A stretch of DNA of 64,000 nucleotides. Origin: Acidobacteriota bacterium. GTDB lineage: Bacteria; Acidobacteriota; UBA890; WLXD01. The position numbers and the translations under genes are program-made. The notes below the pieces were generated by a model. It had not been told where the DNA came from and made no database searches. It worked only from the letters and a program-made list of their open reading frames with translations. Location of the stretch: NCBI GenBank assembly GCA_963666215.2, contig CAXWPL010000005.1:928001-992000 (forward strand), written 5' to 3'. Below, one piece after another: positions 10,677-20,251 of this stretch. Within the stretch, counting starts at the first letter, position 1, and each line of letters begins with the position of its first letter.

Positions 10677-10955
10677 TTGCCGACTGTCCCGCTGTCGTTC
10701 GCGAAGACACACTTCGCGAAGTTGATTACCGATGTCGTCGAACTGGGCGAACGGGTCCTCATCACGAAGTCGGGCAAGCCGGCCGGCATGCTGCTTTCGG
10801 TGGACGAGTACGAGGGACTGCTCGAGACGCTGGAGATTCTTGCAGACCCGGAGCTAGCGGCCGCCGTCCGAACCGGCCTGGCGGAAGCTGAGCGCGGTGA
10901 GCTCGTGGAGCACGACGAGGTCTGGCGTGACGTGGACGCTGCCGTACACGAGTAG
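10677..10955 (+). CDS. Phd/YefM antitoxin
   Basis: PLSFAKTHFAKLI..V...ERVLITKSGKPAGMLLSVDEYEGLLETLEIL. TTG start at 10677 is inferred. Confidence 0.85.
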   Translation: MPTVPLSFAKTHFAKLITDVVELGERVLITKSGKPAGMLLSVDEYEGLLETLEILADPELAAAVRTGLAEAERGELVEHDEVWRDVDAAVHE

Positions 10956-11202
10956 CGCCGCGCGCTCGATTCAGAAGCTCGACCCGCAGGTACGGGCACG
11001 CGTGCGTCGCGCTCTCGAGCGGTTGCGCGTCGATCCGCTCCGCGGCAAGCCGCTGCAGCTCACGCTTCGCGGACTGCGCTCCTGGAGAACGGGCGACTTC
11101 CGAATCGTCTATCGAGTGGTTCAGCAGCGAATCGAGATCATCGTGATCGCGATGGGCCATCGGCGAGACGTCTATGCGCAGCTGCGCGACCGACTGAAGT
11201 AG
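10927..11202 (+). CDS. RelE/ParE family toxin
   Basis: Basic ~90-aa protein: GKPLQLTLRGLRSWRTGDFRIVY...MGHRRDVY. Overlaps the antitoxin end. Confidence 0.85.
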   Translation: MTWTLPYTSSAARSIQKLDPQVRARVRRALERLRVDPLRGKPLQLTLRGLRSWRTGDFRIVYRVVQQRIEIIVIAMGHRRDVYAQLRDRLK

Positions 11203-11245
11203 CGCAAGCCGGCCCGGCGACAAACAGAACCGGGCCTTCGGTTCT

Positions 11246-13861
11246 CTAGCGGAGTCCGAAGGCGTAGAGCGTGCCGCGCGTTCGTACGTAAATCCGACCG
11301 TCGGCGATCGCGGGCGTGGCGTAAACGAGATCGTCGAGATCGCCCACCGAGATCACGTCGAGCGTGGGACCGGGACGCAGGACCGCAGTCTTGCCGAGCT
11401 CACTGATGAGATCGATCTTGCCGTCGGCTGCGACCGGCGAAGCGTAGTAGCTGTCGATGGCACCTTCGACACGACCTTGATCGAGGCTTTCGCCGCTGAC
11501 CGGGTCGAGAATCGTGACGATTCCGCCGTCGTTGATCATGTAGAGGCGGCCGCCGTAGTGCACCGGCGACGGAAGCTGTGGCACCGCGCGGCTGTAACGC
11601 CACAGGAAGCTCGTTGAAGTGGTGTCTCCCGAGCCGCCAAGTCGGATGGCGAACATGCCGTTGGTCATTGCCATGGAGTTACGGAAGTAATCCCAGTCGC
11701 GGTCGCTGAGAAAACCATCGCGGTCGAGATCGCTCATGCGAAAGCGCTGCTTGGCGCGGCCGTCGGGCAGCTCTTCGGCGATGAGCAGTCCGTCGCCGTC
11801 GGAATCGCTCTCTGTGAGAGCCGCGGAAAAGGGCCCCATCTCCATCGTGTTGCCCGGATTGTTGAGCGGCGACCCGTAGCCGTTGACGAACACCACGCCG
11901 GCGGCGATCACGGGTACCGACTTCATCTCGTGGATCATTCCGCGCGTCCACCAAAGACGCTCGCCGGTTGCCATCGAGTAGCCACTGAACAGAAAGGAGC
12001 CCACGACGAGGAGCTGCGGGTCTTTAGAAAGATCCGGCGCTCCGTCGGGTCCGACCGGCTGGTAGATGATCGGGGTGGCGTGGGAGCTTGCAGCTTCGGG
12101 GCGTTCGACTCGCCAGACAACGCCACCGTCGGCGGCGTTGAGAGCGACGAGGAAGGAGTCCGTACGCTGATCGCAAACGAGATAAACCACGCCCTCGTGC
12201 AACAGCGGCGACGCGCCCATGCCGTAGAGGTTGTCGAAGGGTCCGAGAGGCTGTCGCCAGAGCTCCATACCGTCGTGGTCGTAGGCAATCAGGCCGTAGT
12301 CGGCAAAGAAAACAACCACGCGATCTGCGTCCACCGCAGCGCTCGGCGCGGCGGGATTGTTGCGCGAGTCGAGTCGTTCGACGCGCTCGCGCGGCGCCTC
12401 GCGGCGCCACAGCTCGGCACCCGTAGCGCGGTCGTACGCTAGCGTCAGCAGCTTGTCGTCATCGAACGCCGTGATGAACAGGCGATCGTCGCTCAGAATC
12501 GGCGACGAGTGCCCGGCAGGCGCGGTGACGCTCCAGATCACGTTCGATGCCGGATCCAGGCGCTCGGGCAACGGTCCGGCCTCGGCGGTGCCCGACCCGT
12601 TCGGCCCACGGAAGCGTTCCCATTCCGGGCTCGTGGCTGCCGCCTCGCTCGGCCCGAGGTGCGCGTCTCTCGGGATGAGGGCACCCTCCTGGGCCGCGCC
12701 CGACGGAATGGCCTCGATCTCGATCTCGATCTGGTAGACGAGCATCTCGTTTGGCGAGATCACGAACCGAGGCTCGCCCGGCACGTCGCGGCCGTAGAAA
12801 CCCGAGGCGCCGTACGCCAGTGAGGCCGGCACGATGGCCACTCGGCGGTCTCCTGGCCTCATGCTCGAGAGCACCTCGGTGAATCCGGCGTTGACGTTCT
12901 CTTCGCCACGAACAACCCGAAACCTTACTGGAGCTTCACCGGGGCCAGGCTCGCCTCGCTGACCGGCGCTCGCGAAACGCCGGCCGCCCAGTGTCCGGCC
13001 GGTGTAGCGCACCCACGCATCGCCGCCTGCGGCCGCCACTCCCCCAGCCTCGCTCGCCGCGCCATCCACGCCCTCGGCAAGCGTCTGCGTGCGCAGGCCG
13101 CTCGGCCACACGGTCGCGTCCGGCCAGTTGTCGGCAACGAACTTCTCCTCGGCCTGCCGACGGCGTTCGTCGTCGCGCCGCACGCCTGCCTCCGCCGAGG
13201 CCACGAGCTCGCGGAACGATTCCGTCGTCGGCCGGAATGCCTGCGCCTGGGGCCCCACACGAACGATACGTACGCTCTCGATGGCGTCGTCCTGAACGAT
13301 CGCCTCGACCACATCGAGTCCGACCACCACCTCGCCAAACACCGTGTAGTTGCCGTCCAGATACGAGCGGTCGCCGAGGGTGACGTAGAACTGACTCGCG
13401 TTGGTGTGCGGACCACCGTTGGCCATACCCACCATCCCGGCACGACCGTGCGTCAGCTCGGGGTGGATCTCGTTGGGGAAGGCGTACCCGGGATCCCGGG
13501 CCTGCTCGCTGCGTGGAGTCCCGCCCTGGACGACGTGACCCGGCACGACCCGATGGAAGGTCGTGCCATCGAAGTAGGGCACGCCAGGTCCGAAGGCGTC
13601 GTTGGCGACGCTGCCTTCGGCCAAACCGACGAAACTCGACACGGTCACCGGCGCGCGCTCCGCGTCGAGCGCAATCACGATGAGACCACGGCTCGTTTGC
13701 AGCTCAGCGTACAACCCGTTCGTATAACTCGGCTGCTGCGCCGCCGAATCGACAGCTCCCAGAACAGCCCCGAGCGCACATGCGCCCGCGCAGAATCGAC
13801 CGGCGACGGCGAAACCCCGCTGTACCGACGTTGGGCTTACGCGTGGCGGCATCGTGGTCAT
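11246..13861 (-). CDS. Cyclophilin + FKBP PPIase fused to a PQQ-like beta-propeller with EF-hand-like loops
   Basis: FHRVVPGHVVQGG, GMANGGPHTNASQFY (cyclophilin); VRYTGR, IVPASLAYG (FKBP); WERFRGPNGSG, SSPI, YASPV (PQQ-like); DSDGDG and DLDRDG loops. Confidence 0.8.
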   Translation of the reverse strand: MTTMPPRVSPTSVQRGFAVAGRFCAGACALGAVLGAVDSAAQQPSYTNGLYAELQTSRGLIVIALDAERAPVTVSSFVGLAEGSVANDAFGPGVPYFDGTTFHRVVPGHVVQGGTPRSEQARDPGYAFPNEIHPELTHGRAGMVGMANGGPHTNASQFYVTLGDRSYLDGNYTVFGEVVVGLDVVEAIVQDDAIESVRIVRVGPQAQAFRPTTESFRELVASAEAGVRRDDERRRQAEEKFVADNWPDATVWPSGLRTQTLAEGVDGAASEAGGVAAAGGDAWVRYTGRTLGGRRFASAGQRGEPGPGEAPVRFRVVRGEENVNAGFTEVLSSMRPGDRRVAIVPASLAYGASGFYGRDVPGEPRFVISPNEMLVYQIEIEIEAIPSGAAQEGALIPRDAHLGPSEAAATSPEWERFRGPNGSGTAEAGPLPERLDPASNVIWSVTAPAGHSSPILSDDRLFITAFDDDKLLTLAYDRATGAELWRREAPRERVERLDSRNNPAAPSAAVDADRVVVFFADYGLIAYDHDGMELWRQPLGPFDNLYGMGASPLLHEGVVYLVCDQRTDSFLVALNAADGGVVWRVERPEAASSHATPIIYQPVGPDGAPDLSKDPQLLVVGSFLFSGYSMATGERLWWTRGMIHEMKSVPVIAAGVVFVNGYGSPLNNPGNTMEMGPFSAALTESDSDGDGLLIAEELPDGRAKQRFRMSDLDRDGFLSDRDWDYFRNSMAMTNGMFAIRLGGSGDTTSTSFLWRYSRAVPQLPSPVHYGGRLYMINDGGIVTILDPVSGESLDQGRVEGAIDSYYASPVAADGKIDLISELGKTAVLRPGPTLDVISVGDLDDLVYATPAIADGRIYVRTRGTLYAFGLR

Positions 13862-14016
13862 CGTGGGAATCCCTCGTCCGGGGGCAAACGGTCAGTGCGA
13901 CGAGCCTACTGCACCCCAGGCCGCTCTGGAGGCGCCGGGTAGGAACTCCGTGGGCGGCGGCTTGGAGTTAGCATGCGGGCGTATCGGATACCGCTCTCGA
14001 GCTCGGAGACAGATCG

Positions 14017-15516
14017 CTGACCAAGCGCACACGCACGGGACTGATCGTCGGTGCCATCGTCGTTGGTGTCGCCAGCATCGCCGCAGCCCGCCCTGCCCTG
14101 CGCACGTGGCGATTCGCCGCGGTGGCAGCCGGCATCAAGGCCAAGATGATGTGCTCGGGGGTCTTCGTCGGCGGCAGGGACGCCGCCGACGTCGAGCGGG
14201 CCGACCTGCTCCCCGAGCTGATGGCCCTCGACACCGACATCGACCAGCGCTCGCGGCAGGTGACCGTTTCGCTGCTCGGCGGCCTGGTAAAGCGGACCGC
14301 GGTGTTTCGCGACGGGCTCGGCTGCAGTCTGGCAATCGGCATCACTCCGGAGGAGCTGAGGTCCGTGGCGCCGGACTGGAGTCCGACCACACCGCCACCA
14401 CCGTCCGATTGGCCCTCCGAGGGCACGGCCCAGAAACCGACGACCGGCGTGATCGCGTCCGATCGCGCAGAGAGCGCAGAGAGCGCAGTACCGTCGGACA
14501 CAAGCGCCGCAAACCGCCTGGCGCAGGCCGTGGAGGAGGCCTTCCTCGAACCCGACCCCGAGCGGCCACGCGACACCCGTGCGCTGCTGGTCGTGCACCG
14601 GGGTTCGATCATCGCCGAGCGTTATGGCGATGGCTTCACCGCCGACACCCCGCAGCACGGGTGGTCGATGACCAAGAGCATCCTGAACGCCCTGATCGGC
14701 ATCCGCGTAGGCCAAGGCAAGCTGGCGATCGACGCTCCGGCTGCGGCTCGCGAATGGTCCGCCAAGGATCCCCGCCGCCAGATCACGCTCGCCAACCTGC
14801 TGCACATGAGCAGCGGCCTCGGCTTTCAGGAGAGCTCCAACGATCTGCTCTCCGACGTCGTCGTGATGCTGTTCTCCTCGCCGGATTCGGCGGCGGTCGC
14901 CGCTGTGCAACCGGCGATGGCCGAGCCGGGCACCCGCTGGGCCTACTCCAGCGGGACGAGCAACCTGATATCGCGAGTGCTCCGCGAATCGTTCACCAGC
15001 GACGACGACTACCTCACCTTCGCGCGGCGCGAGCTGTTCGACCGAATCGGCATGCACAGCGCGTTGATCGAGACCGACCCCTCGGGCACGTTCGTGGCGT
15101 CGTCGTTCGGGTACGCAACGGCACGCGACTGGGCTCGTTTCGGCATGCTCTACCTGAACGACGGTGTGTGGAACGGTGCGCGGATCCTGCCCGAGGGCTG
15201 GGTCACCTACAGCACCACCCCGGCGCCCGCCGCGCCGAACGGGCACTATGGCTCCCAGATCTGGCTCAACCGCGGCGAGCTCAACGCCGACGGCCGGCCC
15301 CTCAGCCCCCTCTCTGCCCAGAACCGCCCATGGCCGAATGTACCCGACGACGCCTTCTACTTGTCGGGCTTCGACGGGCAGTGGGTGGTGGTCGTGCCCT
15401 CCCACGAGCTCGTTGTCGTGCGTCTAGGACGCATGCCCGACAGCCGAGCCTGGAGTATCAGAGATTTCGTGGCCGAGGTGATCGCCTCGTTTGTCGATGA
15501 ACCCGCCGCAGGCTGA
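14017..15516 (+). CDS. Serine hydrolase (class C beta-lactamase-like)
   Basis: WSMTKS (SxxK), LLHMSSG, YSSG, ARDWARFG, GFDGQ. The frame stays open upstream of GTG 14122 through a TM helix to a CTG at 14017; the start is uncertain. Confidence 0.85.
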   Translation: MTKRTRTGLIVGAIVVGVASIAAARPALRTWRFAAVAAGIKAKMMCSGVFVGGRDAADVERADLLPELMALDTDIDQRSRQVTVSLLGGLVKRTAVFRDGLGCSLAIGITPEELRSVAPDWSPTTPPPPSDWPSEGTAQKPTTGVIASDRAESAESAVPSDTSAANRLAQAVEEAFLEPDPERPRDTRALLVVHRGSIIAERYGDGFTADTPQHGWSMTKSILNALIGIRVGQGKLAIDAPAAAREWSAKDPRRQITLANLLHMSSGLGFQESSNDLLSDVVVMLFSSPDSAAVAAVQPAMAEPGTRWAYSSGTSNLISRVLRESFTSDDDYLTFARRELFDRIGMHSALIETDPSGTFVASSFGYATARDWARFGMLYLNDGVWNGARILPEGWVTYSTTPAPAAPNGHYGSQIWLNRGELNADGRPLSPLSAQNRPWPNVPDDAFYLSGFDGQWVVVVPSHELVVVRLGRMPDSRAWSIRDFVAEVIASFVDEPAAG

Positions 15517-15520
15517 CAAG

Positions 15521-16699
15521 ATGAAACACTTCGCAACCGCCAATAACGCCATCAGCCAACCTCCGTGGCGCCCAAGCCGCTGTGGGCGCTGCGCCGGATG
15601 GCTGCTGCTCGCGCCGCTCGTCGCCGTACCGACGGCATCGGCTCAGCAGCCCGGCGTCGGTTTCGAGCGTCGCGACATCGTCACGCCGGCGCCGCCCTAC
15701 AACCTGGTGGCCGCCGACCTCGACGGCGACGGCGACATCGACATCGCCACCGTGGAACAGACGTCGAGCTCCGTTACGGTGCTGCACAACGACGGCGAGG
15801 CGGGGTTTACGCTTTCGTCGCGTCTGGGTGTGGCGTCGCGACCGGAGGCGATCGACGCCACCGACATCGACGCTGACGGCGACCTCGATCTTGCCATCGC
15901 GGTGGCCGGTGACGACGCGGCAGTCTTCCTGATCAACGACGGCGCCGGGCGATTCACCGTCGGACCGGCAATCGAGGTGGGCGGTTCGCCTCACGCGATC
16001 GTGGCCGCCGACATCGACGGAGACGGTGATTTCGATGCTATCGTTTCGAACTTTGCGGGCGGCACCGTGTCGATTCTGCGCAATAACGGCGCCGGCAGCG
16101 GAGGCTTCGTGGAGACGAGCCAGGTGCCAACCGGCCCCGGTACAGAGCGCCCGATCGTCGCCGATCTCGACGGCGATGGCGACCTCGACCTCGCGGTCCC
16201 GACCTTCATGGCGGCAACGCTGACCACATTGCGCAACGACGGGCACGGCACGTTCACGCCCGACGGTGCGCTGCAGCTCGGCAAGGGGCAGCACATCCCG
16301 GCTGCCGGCGATTTCGACGCCGACGGCGACATCGACGTTCTGGTGACCAGCTCTGGTAGCGGCGAGGTCTTCGTTCTCGACAACGACGGCGGTGCGCTGT
16401 CGGTGATCGAGACCGTGGTGCTCGCGGAGTCGCCGTGGGCCGGCGCCGCCGGCGACTTCGACGGCGACGGCGATCTGGACTGCGCAATCGCTCAGTACGG
16501 CGCCAACAAGATCACCATGCTCGACAACGACGGGGAGGGCCGGCTCGAGCCCGCGGCCTCGTTTGAGGTCGGGAAGCAGCCGCATCAGGTGGTGGCCGCA
16601 GACTTCGACGGCGACGGCGATATCGATCTGGCCACGGCGAACGACGCCGAGGCCTCCGTCACGCTGCTGCTGAATCTTCGTATTCGGGCCTCGCGCTGA
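15521..16699 (+). CDS. Secreted FG-GAP/VCBS repeat protein
   Basis: Seven DxDGDGDxD-type repeats; signal peptide ending ASA-Q. Confidence 0.85.
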   Translation: MKHFATANNAISQPPWRPSRCGRCAGWLLLAPLVAVPTASAQQPGVGFERRDIVTPAPPYNLVAADLDGDGDIDIATVEQTSSSVTVLHNDGEAGFTLSSRLGVASRPEAIDATDIDADGDLDLAIAVAGDDAAVFLINDGAGRFTVGPAIEVGGSPHAIVAADIDGDGDFDAIVSNFAGGTVSILRNNGAGSGGFVETSQVPTGPGTERPIVADLDGDGDLDLAVPTFMAATLTTLRNDGHGTFTPDGALQLGKGQHIPAAGDFDADGDIDVLVTSSGSGEVFVLDNDGGALSVIETVVLAESPWAGAAGDFDGDGDLDCAIAQYGANKITMLDNDGEGRLEPAASFEVGKQPHQVVAADFDGDGDIDLATANDAEASVTLLLNLRIRASR

Positions 16700-16888
16700 G
16701 CAGCCGGGCGAGGTCCGGTCACAGATCCCACCCGGGGCAAGACCGCCGACACTCAACGCCAGGGCGTGCGGTGGATCGTCGGGTGTCGTTCGGAGCGGCT
16801 CGCGACGTCGTTTCGGTTCGCCTCGACTCACGCGTTGTCGCGGGTTCTGGTAACGTCCCGCCACCTCAAATCGGTCGCCGCTAGAGCC

Positions 16889-18721
16889 ATGGATCACGAC
16901 GCCATCGCCGTTGTCGATTTCGGTGGGCAGTACGCCCACTTGATCGCCACGAAGGTGCGTCGACAGGGAGTGCTCGCGGAGATCCGGCAGCCTGAAGACC
17001 CAATCGAGGCCTTCGCGCCGTACAAGGGCATCATCCTCTCGGGCAGCCCGGCGCTGACGTCGCACGGCGAAGACTCCGACTACAACAAGCAGATCTACGA
17101 CCTCGACGTACCGATCGTCGGGTTCTGCTTCGGCCATCAGGAGATTGCCAAGCACTACGGTGGCGACGTCGTCCATGGCGGCCGCGAATGGGGCAAGGCG
17201 ACGCTGCACCTGATGGAGGAGCACCCGCTCTTCGAGGGCCTCGGCCCCGCCGAGCAGGTGTGGATGAGCCACTACGACTCGGTCGCCTCGGTTGGCCCCG
17301 AGTTTCGCGAGCTCGGCTACAGCTCGAGCAGCAACGGCCAGCCCGACCACCGCTTTGCGGCGATTGCCTCCGACTCGCTGCGGCGCTACGGCTTCCAGTA
17401 CCACGCTGAGGTCGACCACACGGTGCACGGCGACCAGATGATCGCCAACTTCGTGCTGCGGATTTGTGGCTGCGAGCCCACCTGGTCGATGAAAACCTAC
17501 GTCGACGAAGAAATCGAACGTATTCGGCGCCAGGTTGGCGACCGCTCGGTCTTCCTGCTCGCCTCGGGCGGCGTCGATTCCACCGTCGCCGCCGCGCTAC
17601 TCGGCCGAGCCCTCGGGTCGGAGCGGTTGCACCTGCTGCACATCGACAACGGCTTCATGCGCAAGAACGAGAGCCGACAGGTGGTCGAGCTCTTCGACGA
17701 TCTCGGGCTCGACGCCAACCTGCACTTCGTCGACGCCTCCGACGTGTTTCTCGAGGCCATCGCCGGCGCCATCGAGCCCGAGCACAAGCGCCGCATCATC
17801 GGCGACACCTTCGTCGCCGTGTTCGAGAACGCCGCCAGGCGCCTCGGCCTCGAGGACCACCTGCTCGGCCAGGGGACGATCTACCCCGACACCATCGAAA
17901 CCGGCGGCACCAAGCGCTCCGACACCATCAAGACGCACCACAACCGCGTGCCACTCATCGAGGAGATGATCGCCGCCGGCCGCGTCGTCGAGCCTCTGGC
18001 GGATCTCTACAAGGTGGAGGTCCGCGAGCTCGGCGAGGAGCTGGGAATTCCCCATCACCTCGTGTGGCGACACCCGTTCCCCGGCCCCGGTCTCGGTGTC
18101 CGCCTGTTGTGCGACGACGGCACACCCGACACCGAGGGGTTCGAGGCGCTCGAGCCGCAGCTGGCGAAGGTCGCCGCCACGTTCGGACTCGAGGCACTCG
18201 CGCTGCCGATCCGCTCGGTTGGCGTGAAAGCCGATCTCCGGGCCTATGAGCATCCCGTGCTGCTGACGGGCGAGATCGCCTGGGATCGGCTGATCGAAGC
18301 GATGTCGGTCATCACCGCCGAGGTCCCGGGGCTGAATCGTTGCATCTGGAACCTGGGTCCCACGCATCCGCCCGGTGCACAACCGATTGCGGCGACGGCG
18401 ACGCGCGAAAGACTCGACCTGTTGCGCGCGGCCGACGACATCGTTATGCAAGCGCTCGCGCGTCACGGCCTCTACGACGACATCTGGCAGTGTCCGACGG
18501 TTCTGATACCGCTCGATCTCGGGCCGAACGACGATAACGGCGGAGGCGAGCTCGTCGTCGTCCGCCCGGTTCACTCGGCGCGTGCCATGACGGCGGAGGC
18601 GGTTGAGCTACCGCTGGCGCTGCTCGCCGAGCTGCGCGAAGGCATCCTCTCGATGCCCGGCATCACCGGTCTGGCGCTCGACCTGACGTCGAAGCCCCCC
18701 GGCACGATTGAATGGGAATAG
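16889..18721 (+). CDS. guaA: GMP synthase (glutamine-hydrolysing), long form
   Basis: DFGGQY, GFCFGHQ, MSHYD, QYHAEV, SGGVDS, QGTIYPD, IKTHHN, RHPFPGPGL, SKPPGTIEWE. Confidence 0.95.
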   Translation: MDHDAIAVVDFGGQYAHLIATKVRRQGVLAEIRQPEDPIEAFAPYKGIILSGSPALTSHGEDSDYNKQIYDLDVPIVGFCFGHQEIAKHYGGDVVHGGREWGKATLHLMEEHPLFEGLGPAEQVWMSHYDSVASVGPEFRELGYSSSSNGQPDHRFAAIASDSLRRYGFQYHAEVDHTVHGDQMIANFVLRICGCEPTWSMKTYVDEEIERIRRQVGDRSVFLLASGGVDSTVAAALLGRALGSERLHLLHIDNGFMRKNESRQVVELFDDLGLDANLHFVDASDVFLEAIAGAIEPEHKRRIIGDTFVAVFENAARRLGLEDHLLGQGTIYPDTIETGGTKRSDTIKTHHNRVPLIEEMIAAGRVVEPLADLYKVEVRELGEELGIPHHLVWRHPFPGPGLGVRLLCDDGTPDTEGFEALEPQLAKVAATFGLEALALPIRSVGVKADLRAYEHPVLLTGEIAWDRLIEAMSVITAEVPGLNRCIWNLGPTHPPGAQPIAATATRERLDLLRAADDIVMQALARHGLYDDIWQCPTVLIPLDLGPNDDNGGGELVVVRPVHSARAMTAEAVELPLALLAELREGILSMPGITGLALDLTSKPPGTIEWE

Positions 18722-18864
18722 CCCCGGAGTAGCCGCCCGAAACGGTTCGAGTCGGCGCGGCGCAGATCACGTCGCCGCACAACGGGCACAGGGAAGCCGG
18801 AACGAACCGGTAATGAGCTCGGTCCGATCCGCGGGAGGCCCGGACATGGCGCTCTCGGCGGCGG

Positions 18865-20121
18865 CTACGCGAACCGGCTCGGTGCGAATGGATCGCAATC
18901 GATATCAGCCCGGCCGTCCACCAGCAACGCCGCCAGGAGCTCGCCGGTGGAAGGCGCCAACGTGATTCCCACCATGCCATGACCAGCTGCCGCCCACAGA
19001 TCCGGGCCGCCGCTGTGAGGGATCCGCCCGATGAGTGGCAGCCCGTCGGGGGTGAGCGGGCGCATGCCCATCCATTCGCGGGCACTCGCACCGGCAGGCG
19101 GACGTCGCATGTAGCCGGCGATGGCGATTTCCAGCGATCGAAAGCGGCGCCGATCGAGCCGCGCGTTCACACCCGACAGCTCCATCGTGCCGCCAAAGCG
19201 CAGGGCGCCGGCGAACGGGGTGCCCGCCGCCTTCGAGTCTCCGAGATAGAGCGGCGCTCGAATCGTCCATTCCGGATCGTCGTAGGTGACGGAATAGCCC
19301 TTGCCTGCCTGTACGGGCAACGAGGCCCCGAAGCGCTCGGACACTTTCCCCGACCAGGCTCCCGCGGCAATCACCACCGCCCCGGCCTCGATCTCTCCGG
19401 CGCTGGTCAGCAACCTGCCGCCGCAACGACCGTTGGCTCGGTAGCCGACAACCTCTTGGTTGTCGAGCACCTCGACGCCATTGCGACCCAGCCAGGTCAC
19501 CAAGCCATGCGTCAGGCTCTCGGGCCGCACGTGCCGCTCGGGACCGATGAACAGGCCCGCAACCACGGCATCGTTCAGCTCAGGCTCACGGTGTCGAGCT
19601 TCGTCGCCCGACAGCGACTGGAGATCGGCATAACCGTGATCGCGCCAGTACTCGAGCTCCTCGATCTCGGCACGCTGCTCGCGCTGGCTCTTGAAGGCGA
19701 ACAGCAGGCCCTGCTCGTAGATCTCGAGCTCCACACCATCTCCGGCGAGCTGTTCATAGAGCTCCATCGTGCCGTTACCGAACGCGGCCATGGCTTCGAG
19801 GCCACGGTGGTGGTCGCGCGCGTTGCAGTGCCGCCAGAAGCGCCACAGCCAGCCTGCGGTTTCGGGTAGCGCGCGCGGCGCGATGTAGAGCGGATTGTCG
19901 CTGCGCAGCAGCCAGCGGAGAGCGGTCAGACCGAGCCCGGGCGACGGCATCGGCGCGGTTAGCGACGGTACAATCCAGCCCGCGTTTCCCTCCGTGCAAC
20001 CACTGCCCGGTGCGGACTTGTCGACAACCATCACGTCAACACCGCGCCGCCGGAGCGAGTATGCGCAACACAGGCCGACGGCGCCCGCTCCAACCACGAC
20101 CACGTCGGCTCGCTTGCTCAT
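18865..20121 (-). CDS. FAD-dependent D-amino acid dehydrogenase (DadA family)
   Basis: GAGAVG dinucleotide fold, GNAG, GKGYS, WMGMRPLTPDGLP, GHGMVG. Confidence 0.85.
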   Translation of the reverse strand: MSKRADVVVVGAGAVGLCCAYSLRRRGVDVMVVDKSAPGSGCTEGNAGWIVPSLTAPMPSPGLGLTALRWLLRSDNPLYIAPRALPETAGWLWRFWRHCNARDHHRGLEAMAAFGNGTMELYEQLAGDGVELEIYEQGLLFAFKSQREQRAEIEELEYWRDHGYADLQSLSGDEARHREPELNDAVVAGLFIGPERHVRPESLTHGLVTWLGRNGVEVLDNQEVVGYRANGRCGGRLLTSAGEIEAGAVVIAAGAWSGKVSERFGASLPVQAGKGYSVTYDDPEWTIRAPLYLGDSKAAGTPFAGALRFGGTMELSGVNARLDRRRFRSLEIAIAGYMRRPPAGASAREWMGMRPLTPDGLPLIGRIPHSGGPDLWAAAGHGMVGITLAPSTGELLAALLVDGRADIDCDPFAPSRFA

Positions 20122-20251
20122 CTGTTCGCTCGACTGTCCATGCGGGCGGGCTCGGCAGCGCAGGCCGGCTGCGAAATCAGGGTTGTGGGTTGCACCGTTG
20201 GGCGCCCGGGCTTTGCGTTGGCACCCGATCGTACGTTATGCATTGGGCTCC

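Noticed and set aside
16700-16888. Possible purine riboswitch upstream of guaA
   Set aside because: No recognisable purine-aptamer consensus or terminator. An Infernal/Rfam scan would settle it.
13854-17428. Long alternative ORFs (13854-15500 +, 13906-15405 -, 15458-17428 -), and similarly 33330-35435 + and 57516-59546 -
   Set aside because: They overlap well-supported genes, carry no motifs, and are expected from stop-codon scarcity at high GC.
6574-20121. Hydroxyproline catabolic cluster (racemase + DadA)
   Set aside because: The genes are 12 kb apart on opposite strands and the racemase is only a fragment.
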